In this document: positions 40,201 to 52,640 of the stretch, in pieces
Layout: every line of letters starts with the position of its first letter
How positions within the stretch are numbered: position 1 is the first letter of the stretch
Assembly (NCBI GenBank): GCA_904063045.1
Contig: CAJFCJ010000020.1
Location: 124,001-188,000 of the forward strand
DNA length: 64,000 nucleotides
Direction: 5' to 3'
Source: Dimorphilus gyrociliatus
Taxonomy: Eukaryota; Animalia; Annelida
Translations under genes and position numbers: made by a program
Notes under the pieces: generated by a model
Seen by the model: the letters and a program-made list of their open reading frames with translations, nothing else
Databases searched by the model: none
What the model was told of the DNA's origin: nothing

Positions 40201-42573
40201 AAAATAAAAGGTAGTGGTATATTTAATGAAAAAAAAAAAGCGAGAAAATACATTAATTTTCTTGATATATTAACTATTTTTAAATATATAATTATTCTTT
40301 ATATATATACTATATATAAATTTATATATATATATATATATATATTAATTATTTTTAATATATTCTATATTCCAACCTGTCTACATCAATTATCAGGTCT
40401 TTCAAAAGGTTTGTTTCATTTTTTTTACTCTAAAGACATTTCCTTCTTTACGTACTTCTTTAGACCAAGAAAAACATTAAGTGGCACTATAAAATCGTTC
40501 ATAGGTTTCTACTATTATGATGATGAACTCTTAAAAATTTTGTCTTCTTTCTAAATCTAAAGGCTTTGATATGTAAATAAATATTTGCTTCTAAATTACC
40601 GGATTTATTCTAATGGTAAACAATTAAATCTGCAATACGTGACTTCCTATTGTCGAATAGTATTGCATTTTTTCATGTCCCATAGATTACTTACATTAAC
40701 AGTATAGGCCTGTAAGTGATAAATTGCCATGTTTTTTTTCTGAAATGTCACTATCTAAGGTTATTTATTCTTAAATTCTATAGATTTAATTTTCTCTCTA
40801 AAGACAAACTTCAATATATTTTCTTGTACTTTAATTCAATGTGGATTTATTTTTACTCAGCCACTAAAAGAATGGCTATTTATAAGGATTTTCATTGGCT
40901 GATAAAAAATAGGTCAAAATCTCGAGAAAAAAAAGCAATAAGATAATTTATCATTTCTTCCTTAAAGAAAATTAAAATATTTTAGGATGAGTTGGCTTTT
41001 TATTAGAGATATTAAAGCAAAAAGAGAGGGAAAAAAGAAGACATGTTTTTTCTTTATCGTTACTTTCATTCTTTATTTATTCTAGATGTATTTTATATTT
41101 AGACTTACTTTTAAAGGCATAATACTTCCTTAACTTTACAAACTTTCTTTATCTTCTTAGTTAAACAATATCTCTTTTATTCTAAACAAACTGTAAAAAT
41201 TTTTCTTCATTATACTACTTTATTTAATATAGAAAAATACATAAAAAATGAGAAAAATGTTTTAAATTATATTAGAATATAACTGAATAATAAAAAAATA
41301 TATAATTTCTATTTTAATAGTCGATGGCAGCATCGAAACGAAATGCTGGTGTTCCATCGTCGTTTGCTGGTCGGGCTTCCTTAATGGATGAAGAGCTGGT
41401 TTGCATCCATACATTTATGTATTTTTAGAGCTATCGTCTAAAAAGAAACCTATTTCTCTTTTTAAAATAGAAAATGCATGTCTACAAGAAAGCCCTTCAA
41501 GCCCTCATCTATCCGATTTCGTCCACCACCCCCCATAATTTTCGTCCGTGGTCAGCTCACAAACCAACATACTGTTTTGAATGCGAAGGTTTATTATGGG
41601 GAGTAGCTAGACAAGGTTTACGTTGTGCCGAGTGCGGCGTCAAGTGCCATGTAAAATGTAAAGACTTGTTGAACGCCGACTGCTTACAGAGTTAGTTTAA
41701 TTTTTAAAAAATCGAAAGTCTTAAATATCACGAATATTATTTTCTTAGGAGCCGCGGAGAAAAGTTCAAAACACGGTGCTGAAGACAAAGCAGCAGACAT
41801 AATAACGGCTATGAAAGATAGAATGAAAATTAGAGAAAGGAACAAACCGGATATTTTCGAACTAATAAGGTCTGTTGGAGGAGAAGCTGCCTACTTAACG
41901 ATGACGTTATTTTAACATTTCCTCGAAATTATTTCAGACAAGTATTCCAAGTAGACAAAAAGAGCCATGCTGGTCATATGAAAGCCGTTAAACAGAGCGT
42001 TCTTGATGGAACTTCAAAATGGTCGGCTAAACTAGCGATTACAGGTTTGACATCCATTACGAAAAATAGTTCTATATTACCCAACCCATTCTTTCTATTC
42101 AGTAAACTTTTTAAACTGTTCGCAATGACTTTACAGATGATTTACATTCCCTTCGACGTTTTCCTATATTTTTCTCATTTATCTTTCATGAAAATTTCAC
42201 CCCTATAAATATGTTGTCAGACCAATTATTGTTAATGATCAAATTTTTTTTCTGTCAGTTATATGTGCTCAGGGCCTTATCGGTAAAGATAAAACTGGGA
42301 CAAGCGATCCATACGTAACAGTTCAAGTTGGGAAATTGAAAAAGCGAACAAATACTGTACAACAAGAATTGAACCCGGTTTGGAACGAAAAGTTTTATTT
42401 GTAAGTACTTTATTCAATACAAGTGTATCTTGAATAAAAGGATAAGAAACGTTAATACCTTTTAATCTCTCTTTATTTTAATCCAGCGAATGCCATAATT
42501 CATCGGATAGGATTAAAGTACGAGTATGGTGAGACTTTTATTACAATTATATGAATATACATATATACTAATA

Positions 42574-42605
<32 letters not shown>

Positions 42606-45600
42606 CAAAAAATGCGGAACTTATATACAGTATATAGACAAATATAAATATCTAGACATTCATATTTATTTCAATATAGTGTAGATATTTTTAGATCTAT
42701 TTTTAGATCTATAAAATATCAAATAGTATAAATAGTATATAGAGATTTATTTATACATCGAAAGTATATACTGTATATGATCAAAATATAGACATTTACA
42801 TAAAAATTTCATCCTGTCCATGTATTTAAAACCTTGGAAATACTAATAATTCTAAAAAAAGGATTGGGAGATCATTTATTTACATCTTTCCGCACTATTT
42901 CCAGCCAAAAAAAGAATTATAATTATATAGCCTTATAGATGATATATCTCTGGGTGAAGGGAGGAAGGTGGAGGCAGTTTTTGTTAAGATAAACTTTTTT
43001 TTTTAATCTCTTCATATCGCGGTTTAGGGATGAAGATAACGATTTGAAATCTAAACTACGACAAAAATTAACAAGAGAATCTGACGATTTTCTTGGTCAG
43101 ACGATTATCGAGGTTCGAACCTTATCGGGCGAAATGGACGTCTGGTATAATTTAGGTGGGTGGTGTACCACAAAACAGTACAGTGACGTCATAGTGTCGT
43201 CTTATTAACATCTCCCAACGTCGTATCAACTAACAATGAACTTTTTAAAAACAAATACGGACACAATGTCTCTTTTAACCGAATTCCGCTTTGTGCTTTT
43301 CTGTATTTGTTGTACAGCCGTTGTAGGACATGATTCTTTTCAGGGATGAGGATAACGACCTCCGTTCGAAAGTGAGGTCAAAATTAACGCGCGAAAGCGA
43401 TGACTTTTTAGGGCAAACTATCATAGAAGTTCGCACTCTTTCTGGTGAAATGGATGTTTGGTATAATTTAGGTTTGTCGGGTTTTTATTTTGTTAGTTTT
43501 ATTTCAGCCCTAAAATTCGGACTGACGTCAATGCTATAAATCTCTGCTTATTATTACTATTATCATTATTATTTATTTCCTGCTTTTATTTCGAGCTTCA
43601 TCATTACGCTTTTTCTTTGTTGAGTTTTTTTTATGTTTTATCTATTTTCCTTTGCATGAATAGACGACTCGTATACTGTATTAGAATAATGCACCAAAGC
43701 TTTTTTATATTATATTGTTTGTTAGACTATTTTTAGAATAAGATTAACGAAGGTTTCCAATAGTATCATCTTAAAAAATAACTTTTATATTTTCACTATA
43801 TTAAACTTTTAAATTTAAATGACATAGATGATAAAAGTCAAATAGATATAATGCCTTCGTTAACCTGTGAAACTATACTTTCGTTTTTTGACTTATTGCC
43901 TTTAGACAGTAGATATTTGTGTATTTGTTTTCAAATAGTAGTATCAGATATCTGTTAATTTAATAATTATTAATTAAATAACTTTTTATCTTCATTGCAT
44001 GATATTTCGATTACTCAATTTTACATTCATCTACTATACAGAGAAGAGAACCGATAAATCTGCAGTATCAGGAGCCATTCGCTTGCACATCAGCGTTCAA
44101 ATAAAGGGAGAGGAGACTGTCGCTCCTTACCACTTGCAATATACGTGCCTGCACGAAAATCTCTTTCATTACTTGACAGAACAGCAGGAAGGGAAAGAGA
44201 AAGGCAAGGTAAAACTGCCTAAAGCTAAGGGTGATGATGCTTGGAAAGTGTACTATGAGGATCCTGCTCAAGAGATAGTAGATGAATTCGCCATGCGATA
44301 CGGTATTGAGAGCATTTATCAAGCAATGACTCATTTTAGCTGTCTATCGGCTAATTACACATCGCCCGGAGTTCCCGCCGTTATGTCTCAGCTCTTAGCG
44401 AATATAAACGCCTTTTATGCTCATACTTCAGCTACCAGTTCGAACGTTGTATCAGCTTCAGACCGTTTTGCTGCTTCCAACTTTGGCAAGGAGAAATTTG
44501 TAAAGTTGTTAGATCAATTACACAATTCGCTACGGATTGACTTATCAGTTTATAGGAACACTTATCCAGCCTCAGATCCAGAGAGATTATTAGATTTAAA
44601 AGCCACTGTCGACCTCCTTACGTCCATGATGTTCTTCCGAATGAAGGTGCAAGATATATTCCGCCCACCGAGGGCATCAGATGTTGTGAAAGACTGCGTA
44701 CAAGCTTGCCTAACTTCAACCTATCACTTTCTATTTGATAATTGTAATGATATTTTTCAACGAGAATTTCAAACCGATGGGAAAGATGAAAAAGACGGGC
44801 CCAATTCCAAGAGTTTAGGTTTTTGGCGAAAACTTATTCATCTAATTGTTTCAGTAATTGAAGAAGACTGCAACAGCTACGCACCAAATTTGAGTCAATT
44901 TCCAGCAGAATTGAATGTAGGTCATTCATCGAAGGAAGCTATGTGGTCCTTATTTTCTCAGGATTTAAAGTATGCCATCGGAGAACATGTAAACGATAAG
45001 CCTTGTAAAGCAACTGAATATATGAATTTTTACTTTGAGATAAAAGGTCTCTATACTAAATACATAGCTGACGCTCCAAATATGCAAAACGACATTCCTG
45101 AATATCCACTGTGGTTTGAGCCTTTAGTTATGACATGGTTGAATGAAAATGAAGAAGTATCTATGGATATATTAAAAGGTGCATATACCAGGGATAAAAA
45201 AGAAGGTTTCCAAAGAAGCACAAATCTTGTCAAATTCTCCTCATCTGTAACTGATATATTTTCTAATCTTAATTCCTGCTTTGACATTATTCAAAAATTA
45301 GAATGCCCTCATTCTGAATTAGTTAAAAGATATATGCAACGGTTCTCTGTAACAATATCCAAAGTTCTTCTAGGATATGTTGAAATGCTGAAAACAGATT
45401 TTCCCAGCTTTGCTAGCAAACAGGAAATAGCCTTTACTCTAATGAGTAACATACAAGAACTTAGAGTCCAATTAGATAAACTCTTTGACAAAATGGGAGG
45501 TAAGAACTTGGACGAAGAAACTGTAAATGCTCTCAATGCTCTGCAAACTAAGTTGAATGGAGTATTAGATGAATTGGCGGCCATTTTCACAAAGACTCTA

Positions 45601-47301
45601 GAATCGCAAATAGGCGAATCAGTAAAACAAATGAACAACGAATTGAGTAATCCTGCAAAGAAAAATTTGGATGATAAGAAGAGCGTAGAGAATAGCGTCA
45701 GCTATCTATCTGATACCCTGGACTCTTTCCTTACTGTTTTCTTGGATCAGGTTGAAAAGACTGTTTTCAAGAGAATATTAAAGGTTCTTGTAAAAGAATT
45801 AATTTCCGCAAATTGATTTTCAAACTTTGTATTTCTTTTCCATTAGGAGCTTTGGAAAATCGTTATTAAAAGCTTAGAGAAGATTGTAGTCCTACCACCA
45901 ATGTCTGATCCTCGACAGGTAAAACAAAATCAATCAAATCGATATCTCAAAAAAAAATCTATTCTTAAAACGAAAACAATAATGAATTGTATGCTAATAG
46001 GAATTTAGTTTATTTTTTGGACTTAAGGTAAATAATAGGTGAAAAAGGGTTTAAAAATGAATCAATTGCTTCCTAATAACTCGGAGCTAAACGAATTTTC
46101 GTTTTTGCTGCTTCTAATTCAAAATCAATTTCTAAGGCTGCTTTCTCTCTTTCCAAATAACTAATGGTCTTTCTTTTTTTGCGTCTTTCTTTAACAGCTC
46201 TTCCCTATTCCCTCTAATGCTCAGGCTAAGATTGAAGATGTTTCTCGGAGTATTTTGCGCAATGTAACTCAGCAAGCATCTAAAATGCCTGTTTCTATGA
46301 TCTCAACATCTGATTCCCAACCATTGGCTGATGTTACCCGGCGTTTGGCTGTAGGTGTTACTGTTGTGCTTGACCTCTATGCTTTCTATAATTTTTGCTT
46401 CATTCCTAATTGCATAATTATGTTATCGATCATATCTTTGTTATTATTATGTAACAGGATTTATCGAGAGATGTAGAAAGAAATATGACTCCCGGACATT
46501 GTAAGAAGTTGACTATGGCTGTTGAAGAAATAGTTAACTGTTTCTACGGAGACGGTAACGGTCTAAAGAGAAGTTTCTTGGAAAATTCACCTGAACTGAA
46601 ATCGCTCAAACACGCTCTTAGCCTTTATACACAGACAACTGATTCGCTTATTAAGCATTATGTAACAAATGAAGTGTCGCAGGTGCCATTTAAACAACAC
46701 AATCCGGCAGGAGACGAATGCGTTGGTGAAGTATCTATACAAGTGGATCTTTTCCCTCACCCTGGAACAGGCGAGCGCAAGATTAAGGTTACAATCGTTG
46801 CAGCAAATAACTTGAAATGGAAGACAACAGGGGTCTTTAAACCATTTGTTCAAGTCCATCTATTAGGGCCTTACTTAACTAATAGGAAACGAAAATTTGA
46901 AACTAAATCGAAAAACAACCAATGGTCACCAAAATTTAGTGAAAATTTTAATTTGTAAGTTTATGAGCACTTGGTGTTATCAAATGAAATAAACCTTTCT
47001 ATATTTATCTTACAGGGCCTTTGGAAATGAAGCAGATATAGAGTGCTATGAATTACATATCTGCGCTAAAGATTATTGTTTTGGTAGGAAGGATCGTTTA
47101 ATCGGTGTTACTGTTATGCAATTAAGGGACATAGCTGAACCTAGAACTTGCGCTTGTTGGTGTTCATTGGGTCGTCGAATAAATATGGGAGAAACTGGCT
47201 GGACGATATTACGTATCCTAAGTCAAAGAACAAATGACGAAGTAGCCAAAGAATTCGTTAGACTCAAATCTGAATGCCGCGACAACGATGGAGTTAGTTA
47301 G
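30778..47301 (+). CDS. unc-13: Unc-13/Munc13 synaptic vesicle priming protein, long form (C2A, calmodulin-binding site, C1, C2B, MUN, C2C), about 1813 aa with all cassettes
   Basis: Phase-consistent exons: 30778-30799, 30890-30919, 31387-31486, 33461-33578, 33670-33793, 34541-34657, 34835-35306, 35401-35448, 35585-35665, 36143-36244, 36490-36549, 37289-37360, 38559-38630, 38730-38828, 38902-39118, 39181-39291, (39705-39713), 41321-41398, 41471-41690, 41749-41869, 41938-42044, 42259-42400, 42487-42528, 43028-43155 OR 43344-43471, 44042-45783, 45847-45918, 46198-46350, 46458-46954, 47016-47301; total 5442 nt. Motifs: [18 protein letters not shown] (C2A), [12 protein letters not shown] (CaM), HNFRPW...[11 protein letters not shown] (C1), DKTGTSDPY and WDEDND (C2B), [10 protein letters not shown] (C2C). 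Confidence 0.96.
31070..31195. repeat. (TA)n microsatellite cluster in unc-13 intron 2
   Basis: Several (TA)8-12 runs; similar runs near 15936, 32355-32405, 34174-34214, 40305-40345, 42570-42600 and 47775-47803. Confidence 0.9.
39705..39713 (+). CDS. unc-13: Candidate 9-nt unc-13 microexon (GTG ATC AAG = VIK)
   Basis: TTGTTATTCAACAG|GTGATCAAG|GTACAT; phase 0-0, between ...SIPLVSDL and [10 protein letters not shown]. Confidence 0.7.
43028..43155 (+). CDS. unc-13: unc-13 C2B alternative exon A: (W)[42 protein letters not shown]
   Basis: 128 nt, acceptor GGTTTAG, donor GTGGGT, phase 2 to 1. Confidence 0.88.
43344..43471 (+). CDS. unc-13: unc-13 C2B alternative exon B: (W)[42 protein letters not shown]
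   Basis: 128 nt, acceptor TTCTTTTCAG, donor GTTTGT, same phases as exon A; many synonymous differences from A. Confidence 0.88.
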
Positions 47302-47772
47302 AAAATAATATACTCATTTTAAAACCATCTTCTATCAAAATTCATTAAATAATCGCCGAAAACTAATATTCCGTTTTAAAATGGATAAAAAAACCCCCTC
47401 CAAAAGAATGTTGCCTAGTTTTCGTATGCAAATATGCGTTTATACATAATTAATAATGTATACGTATGAATAGCTGCTATCTACTTTCTTCTTTGCCATC
47501 TTGGTAATTTTGGTGCTAAATGTGTACTTGTCATATTAAATAGTGCGATGCATATACAAAGCGCCATCTTCTTTAAAAAGGAACTTTTATTAATTCTTTT
47601 TTCTCAAGAAAACAAAAATTTATAAAAAAAATAAAAAACACCAATTAAAAAGAAAGACAAACTTATAAAAGAAATTTGGTGCCACGTGTCAAACTCGATC
47701 ACTTTTATGTTTCGTTATTATACTTTATGAAACAAAAGAAACAGAACAAAGATGAAAAATAACTATTTCTTG

Positions 47773-47812
<40 letters not shown>

Positions 47813-50278
47813 TTCTTATTTTCCATTGACGAAAAGCAATAAAATTCTATATTCATTAATTCCTTATCATGCTAAAACTGAATGAATAGTTGTCTTCTTT
47901 TCTTTACTAATAATATAAAAAACAAAAATAATATATACATTATTACGAAATCTGCTTATTAATCGGTCGATTTACTTTTGTTGAATTATATGATATAAGT
48001 AGAGTAGTTTATCCAGAATGAAAAGAATAAATTAATAGGACAAATATCAAAAAAATAATAATAGGAATAATTAATAATCTAATAAAAAAATTCATAGAAT
48101 TTTAGTTAATCTCTTTTTGTTAAGTAGGACGATTTATAATATTTAATTAATTCTATTTGGTTAATTGCCATTTGATTCATTTACATCGATAAATCAAAGG
48201 ATTAAATTAGGAAAGCGCGTTAAGAATTTCAGGTAAGGTAACGATAGATTTGAAGAAATGTGATAAATTAGATTTCTTGTATTGTTATTCGTAGTTAAAT
48301 TACTGGTGACATATTTTATAGCTTGCAATACATTATCTTCGTATTTTAGAATAGCATCCCATGTCTTTATAGAGTAGAAAAGATTTTATCATATTTCATT
48401 CTTCACAAGAAAATAAAATTTTATAATTCCAGATAGAGAAAATAAGCCTATAGTTTTATATTCCAAAAGGGTTTTAATGCTTGTAGCAAACCATCTTCTT
48501 ATATTGTTCTAATGAGCTAATCGATATTTGAAATGAACTAAGGCTAAAACTTATAGATGTAAGTGCAGATGCAAGTGTAGAATGTTAGGCGGCAAATACT
48601 GGATACTGTTCACATAAGCTGCATTTGGCTATTACTCTTATTTATAGAGTAAAAGTTTTTCGTGAAGAGTGTATCAGACGAAAGAATGTACTCGAAGGGT
48701 CGTCTCATTGAGTTGACTAGATGCTTTTACATTACTTATGTGACTGACGTAAAAGGAATGATAATTAATAATTAATTATAAAAATATATATTCCATAATA
48801 GTAAAATTCTCTTTATGATATGTTTTTCCCATATTTAAATAATATGGGAATACTTCATTATAATTCTATTTATGTTTTTCTCTCTTTCCTCTAAGTGTAA
48901 ATTTATCTGTTTGGGGCGCTACCATTCTATCAATGCCGTGGCGTATATTTCTCCCTTTCTCTTATTCTACCATTTATGGGCTCTTTATATATCTCTACGC
49001 TCTATAAACGTTTTCGCTGTCGTTGTAATTTTCTCTTTCTATGTACTGTTTATATATTTTTGTTCATAAATGGATATGTATACGCTGTATATTACATATG
49101 AATAGCTGAAAGCGTCACTTTATAAATATGTAAACGAGTAAATTATTCCAAAGATATTAAGAGATATGGCATAATCTAAGACGTACAAGTCATAAAATGT
49201 TTATAACAACTTAAGTTATCAGCTGATAGATTAGATATAGATTTTGGTTTTAGTCTGGAATATTATTTTAGACAAAGATTATCTATCTAGGTCAGTATTT
49301 GAGGTGATAAAGATTAATTTTTCATAGAGTAAAGCGGTTGAAAGCGATTAAATTCTCAAACCCCAAGGAAGATCGAGACGAAAGACTTGATAAATAGTTT
49401 TGACTGAAAATTTCTTCCTTTCGTGCTTTTTTTGAAAGCAATATATCAAATTCTCTTTTTTAAATTTATACCTTTGATAGTCGCTTGTACTTCCATCAAA
49501 GACTATATTATCATAAGAACCGAAAATAGAATCTTTTCCAAGAAGTTTTTCCCTGCCTCTTTTCTCTATTTCTGAATAGAAATTTGGTGCTTCTTACGAC
49601 TGATCGCATCGAGTTGCTTGACAAGATAGACCTAATAATTACTTAGAGGTTCACCTTCCCTTCCTTATAAAAAATGATCATATTCTATAAAGTTATCTTG
49701 AAACCTTTTTTTTGCGAATTTCTTTTATCAAATTATTTTAGACCAATTAAAATGCATTTCATTAGCAAATATATTCTTTACTTCAAACTTAGTGAAAGTA
49801 AATGCCGAATAAATACTTAAATCAGACTTTACATCGCTTTTCCAATGGTTATAACCTATGAATGAAGTCATACATTTAAAGATTCTACTTTTAAATATAG
49901 CCTACCTTATTTCTATCACAACTGAATGAGTTCAGAGTCGGAGGTGCAACGACTTTTATCATTTATAACCTCGAAAAAGGTTAGAAAGTAGATATAAAGA
50001 GATTAAAATCATTTTTTATTATTAAAAATAAATATTCATAATATTCAAATTTTTGTCAAAAGAAGCGTAATAGATTGTCCGTAATAGATTGTTTTATAGT
50101 ACAATATAACAGTATATTAGTTATATATCTTTACATTTATATTACTTTATATTGAAAATATTTTTTTCTATTAATTAGACTAAGGGAATACTTCTTCAGT
50201 GGGCGGAATTCTTTGAATAATGTTTCAAAATACGATCTTTCTCTCTTCGTATGCTTCTTAACAGAATTTAGTGGCTGC

Positions 50279-50857
50279 CTAAACTGTAGACGTAAGCTGC
50301 TCTCTTTCCGTAGATTGTTTATCAGAAATTTTTTGAACAAGCATAGGTCTATCTCGTTCTGGAGAGTAAATTAGAGTCCATTTTCTTCTTTGAGATCTTA
50401 CGATACCGGCTACAATCAGAATCAATCCAGCAGCTAAACAATAACCCGCCAGCGTATTCCAATTCGTCTCAACTGGGATTCGAATGCATTCGTCTACTGG
50501 TATACTTCTTTCTGTTATATTAAGATACTTAGAGGCCCAACGAACTTCCAATATACATAATAAAACCTGTTGGCGCACCACTCCAATGTTTTTTTGTATA
50601 CATTTATCAGTTGAGCGTAAAATGTTCATTCTAGGTGGTTGAGAATCAATTTTATACAGGAGAATATATGTCCTGGTAAGTTTAATTGCTGATTTCCATT
50701 CTAATTTAACTTTTCCAGATGATAGAGTTGGCTCCGTCTCTGAAAGCTTGAAACGTTCACAAAATTTACCAAAAAAGTATTGGCTGCATATACATTCGGC
50801 TTCGTTTGATATTTTGAAATATTGTCCTCCATTTTCGCACGGACCTTTTGTAAACAT
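50279..50857 (-). CDS. Single-pass membrane protein exon: EGF-like + FN3-like + TM + short tail (vasorin/LRRN4-type C-terminal half); 5' part uncertain
   Basis: Acceptor TTTCTTCCATCAG at 50858; GPCENGGQYF...ECICSQYFFGKFCE (EGF-like, only 4 of 6 Cys in frame); TM LAGYCLAAGLILIVAGIV followed by RSQRRK. Candidate upstream exons 51046-50955 and 51639-51544 do not join cleanly. Confidence 0.65.
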   Translation of the reverse strand: MFTKGPCENGGQYFKISNEAECICSQYFFGKFCERFKLSETEPTLSSGKVKLEWKSAIKLTRTYILLYKIDSQPPRMNILRSTDKCIQKNIGVVRQQVLLCILEVRWASKYLNITERSIPVDECIRIPVETNWNTLAGYCLAAGLILIVAGIVRSQRRKWTLIYSPERDRPMLVQKISDKQSTEREQLTSTV

Positions 50858-52499
50858 CTGATGGAAGAAAGAAAATAAAAGACATATAAATAAATCCTTG
50901 TCGTTTAACATATTTATTGAGCCACGTTCAATCTGAAAATGGAATGGGCGTTACCGCTGTACGGCGCCGAAGTGACGATCTACTGACGGCAAAAGGCTTG
51001 GGTTTCCTAGGGCATCTCGTGATAATCGAAGAACTTCTTCGTTAACCTATTTTTCTTTTAAAAATAACAATATGTTTTGTTTTTCTTTTAAACCAAACAA
51101 TAATTAAACTTTTCCAATTGTAAAACGCAAAAGAAGCCCTTTATTAAACGATTTTCCATTTCTACTTGATATTCAATATCATTTCTATTTATATTCATAT
51201 TCCCAGTAATTCATAGCTCAATTCTAATAATTACACGATGAATAAGCAATCCCATAATTCGTTATAAATTCTATGTGAACGATAAAGGAGTAAATTATAA
51301 ACTATCTTATATTTATACCTCTTATACTAATCATATTTTCCTACTTAAATAGGAAAAGAGATAAAAGTGTCTGTAAGTTTTTAAGTACTTTTTAAGTTTA
51401 TGAAGCATCTCTTTAGATTTTATTAAACATTTTAGATGAACAGATAACAAATGACACTAAATTTTTATGATAAAAATGCATTATTGTGACATTTGGCTAC
51501 TTGGTCAAGCGTTACTAATCGAACGCCTTTTTGCCTTTCTTACCCTATAATATTTACAAATCATACGCCTATTTGTTTCGCCACAACGCACGACTGCCGT
51601 TTAGAATACCACTACAAGCTGATAGACGCCGTTTGCAATCTAAAAACGAAAGAATAACGATAATGGTCTTTTCCTTTCTATATTTCTTTTTTTTAGTTAT
51701 TTTTATTTTACCCTAATTGATCAAGTTCATTCAAGAAATACTATAAACTATTCGATTAGCTTAAATTCAATATAAAATCTACATAGCAATACTAGTATAT
51801 GACGTTCATTCATTATTAAATAAAAACTATGTTTAACGCATAAAATATTAGAGTTAATGGCTCAAACGTTAAAAGTTTAGATATAGAAAAAAATTGACTG
51901 CAAAGAAAGAAAATGCTAAAAATTTACATAATATATTCTCTGGCGCTTTAGTTTATAACACGGAACCGAATGACAGAAATAGACGTTTGTAGACGAGTAC
52001 GATTTATATAAACGCTGAATAAACTATAATAAAATACTAGTATACGATATCTATTATGCGTTCCTTCAACAATACGGAAATAGTTAGAGAAAGACAGACT
52101 TAACGTATCAGTAGAATTAGTCGGGAAACTACCATTTAAACCGTAAAGAGTAAAGGAAAACCCTTTTCCGGCTGAAGGAAAAAAACAAAAATCAATAAAG
52201 GAAGGGACGAATAACGTAATAAAAATAAGTAATTAAAATCTAAACACAATAGAAAATAAATTAAAAAACAAAGGGAGATATAAGAGATCAGAGTAAGTTG
52301 TTTTATAACCAATATTAATATTTACAATATTACAAACTTAAAACGTTTCTTGTTGATTTAATAAATAGATAAACAAAATTCTCATATTTAAACAAAAACT
52401 TATCAATATTTAATGAAAATTAATAAATTTTATCTTTATCATCTTATTCCTTCTCTCTTTTCCTATTTTTTTTCTTTTCTCCTTATCGCCGCTATCGTT

Positions 52500-52527
52500 T
52501 TCTTCTTCTTCTTCGTCGTCGTTGTCG

Positions 52528-52558
<31 letters not shown>

Positions 52559-52640
52559 TATGATCTATTTATAGTCTCTTTTTCTCTCTCCTCTCCCTCT
52601 TTCCCCCTCCCCCTCCTCCTCCCCCTCTCTCTCCCTCTTT
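52500..52640. repeat. (TTC)/(CGT)/(CAT)n compound microsatellite followed by a C/T-rich tract
   Basis: ttcttcttcttcgtcgtcgttgtcgtcatcatcatcat... then ccctctttccccctccccctcctcctccccctctc. Confidence 0.85.
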
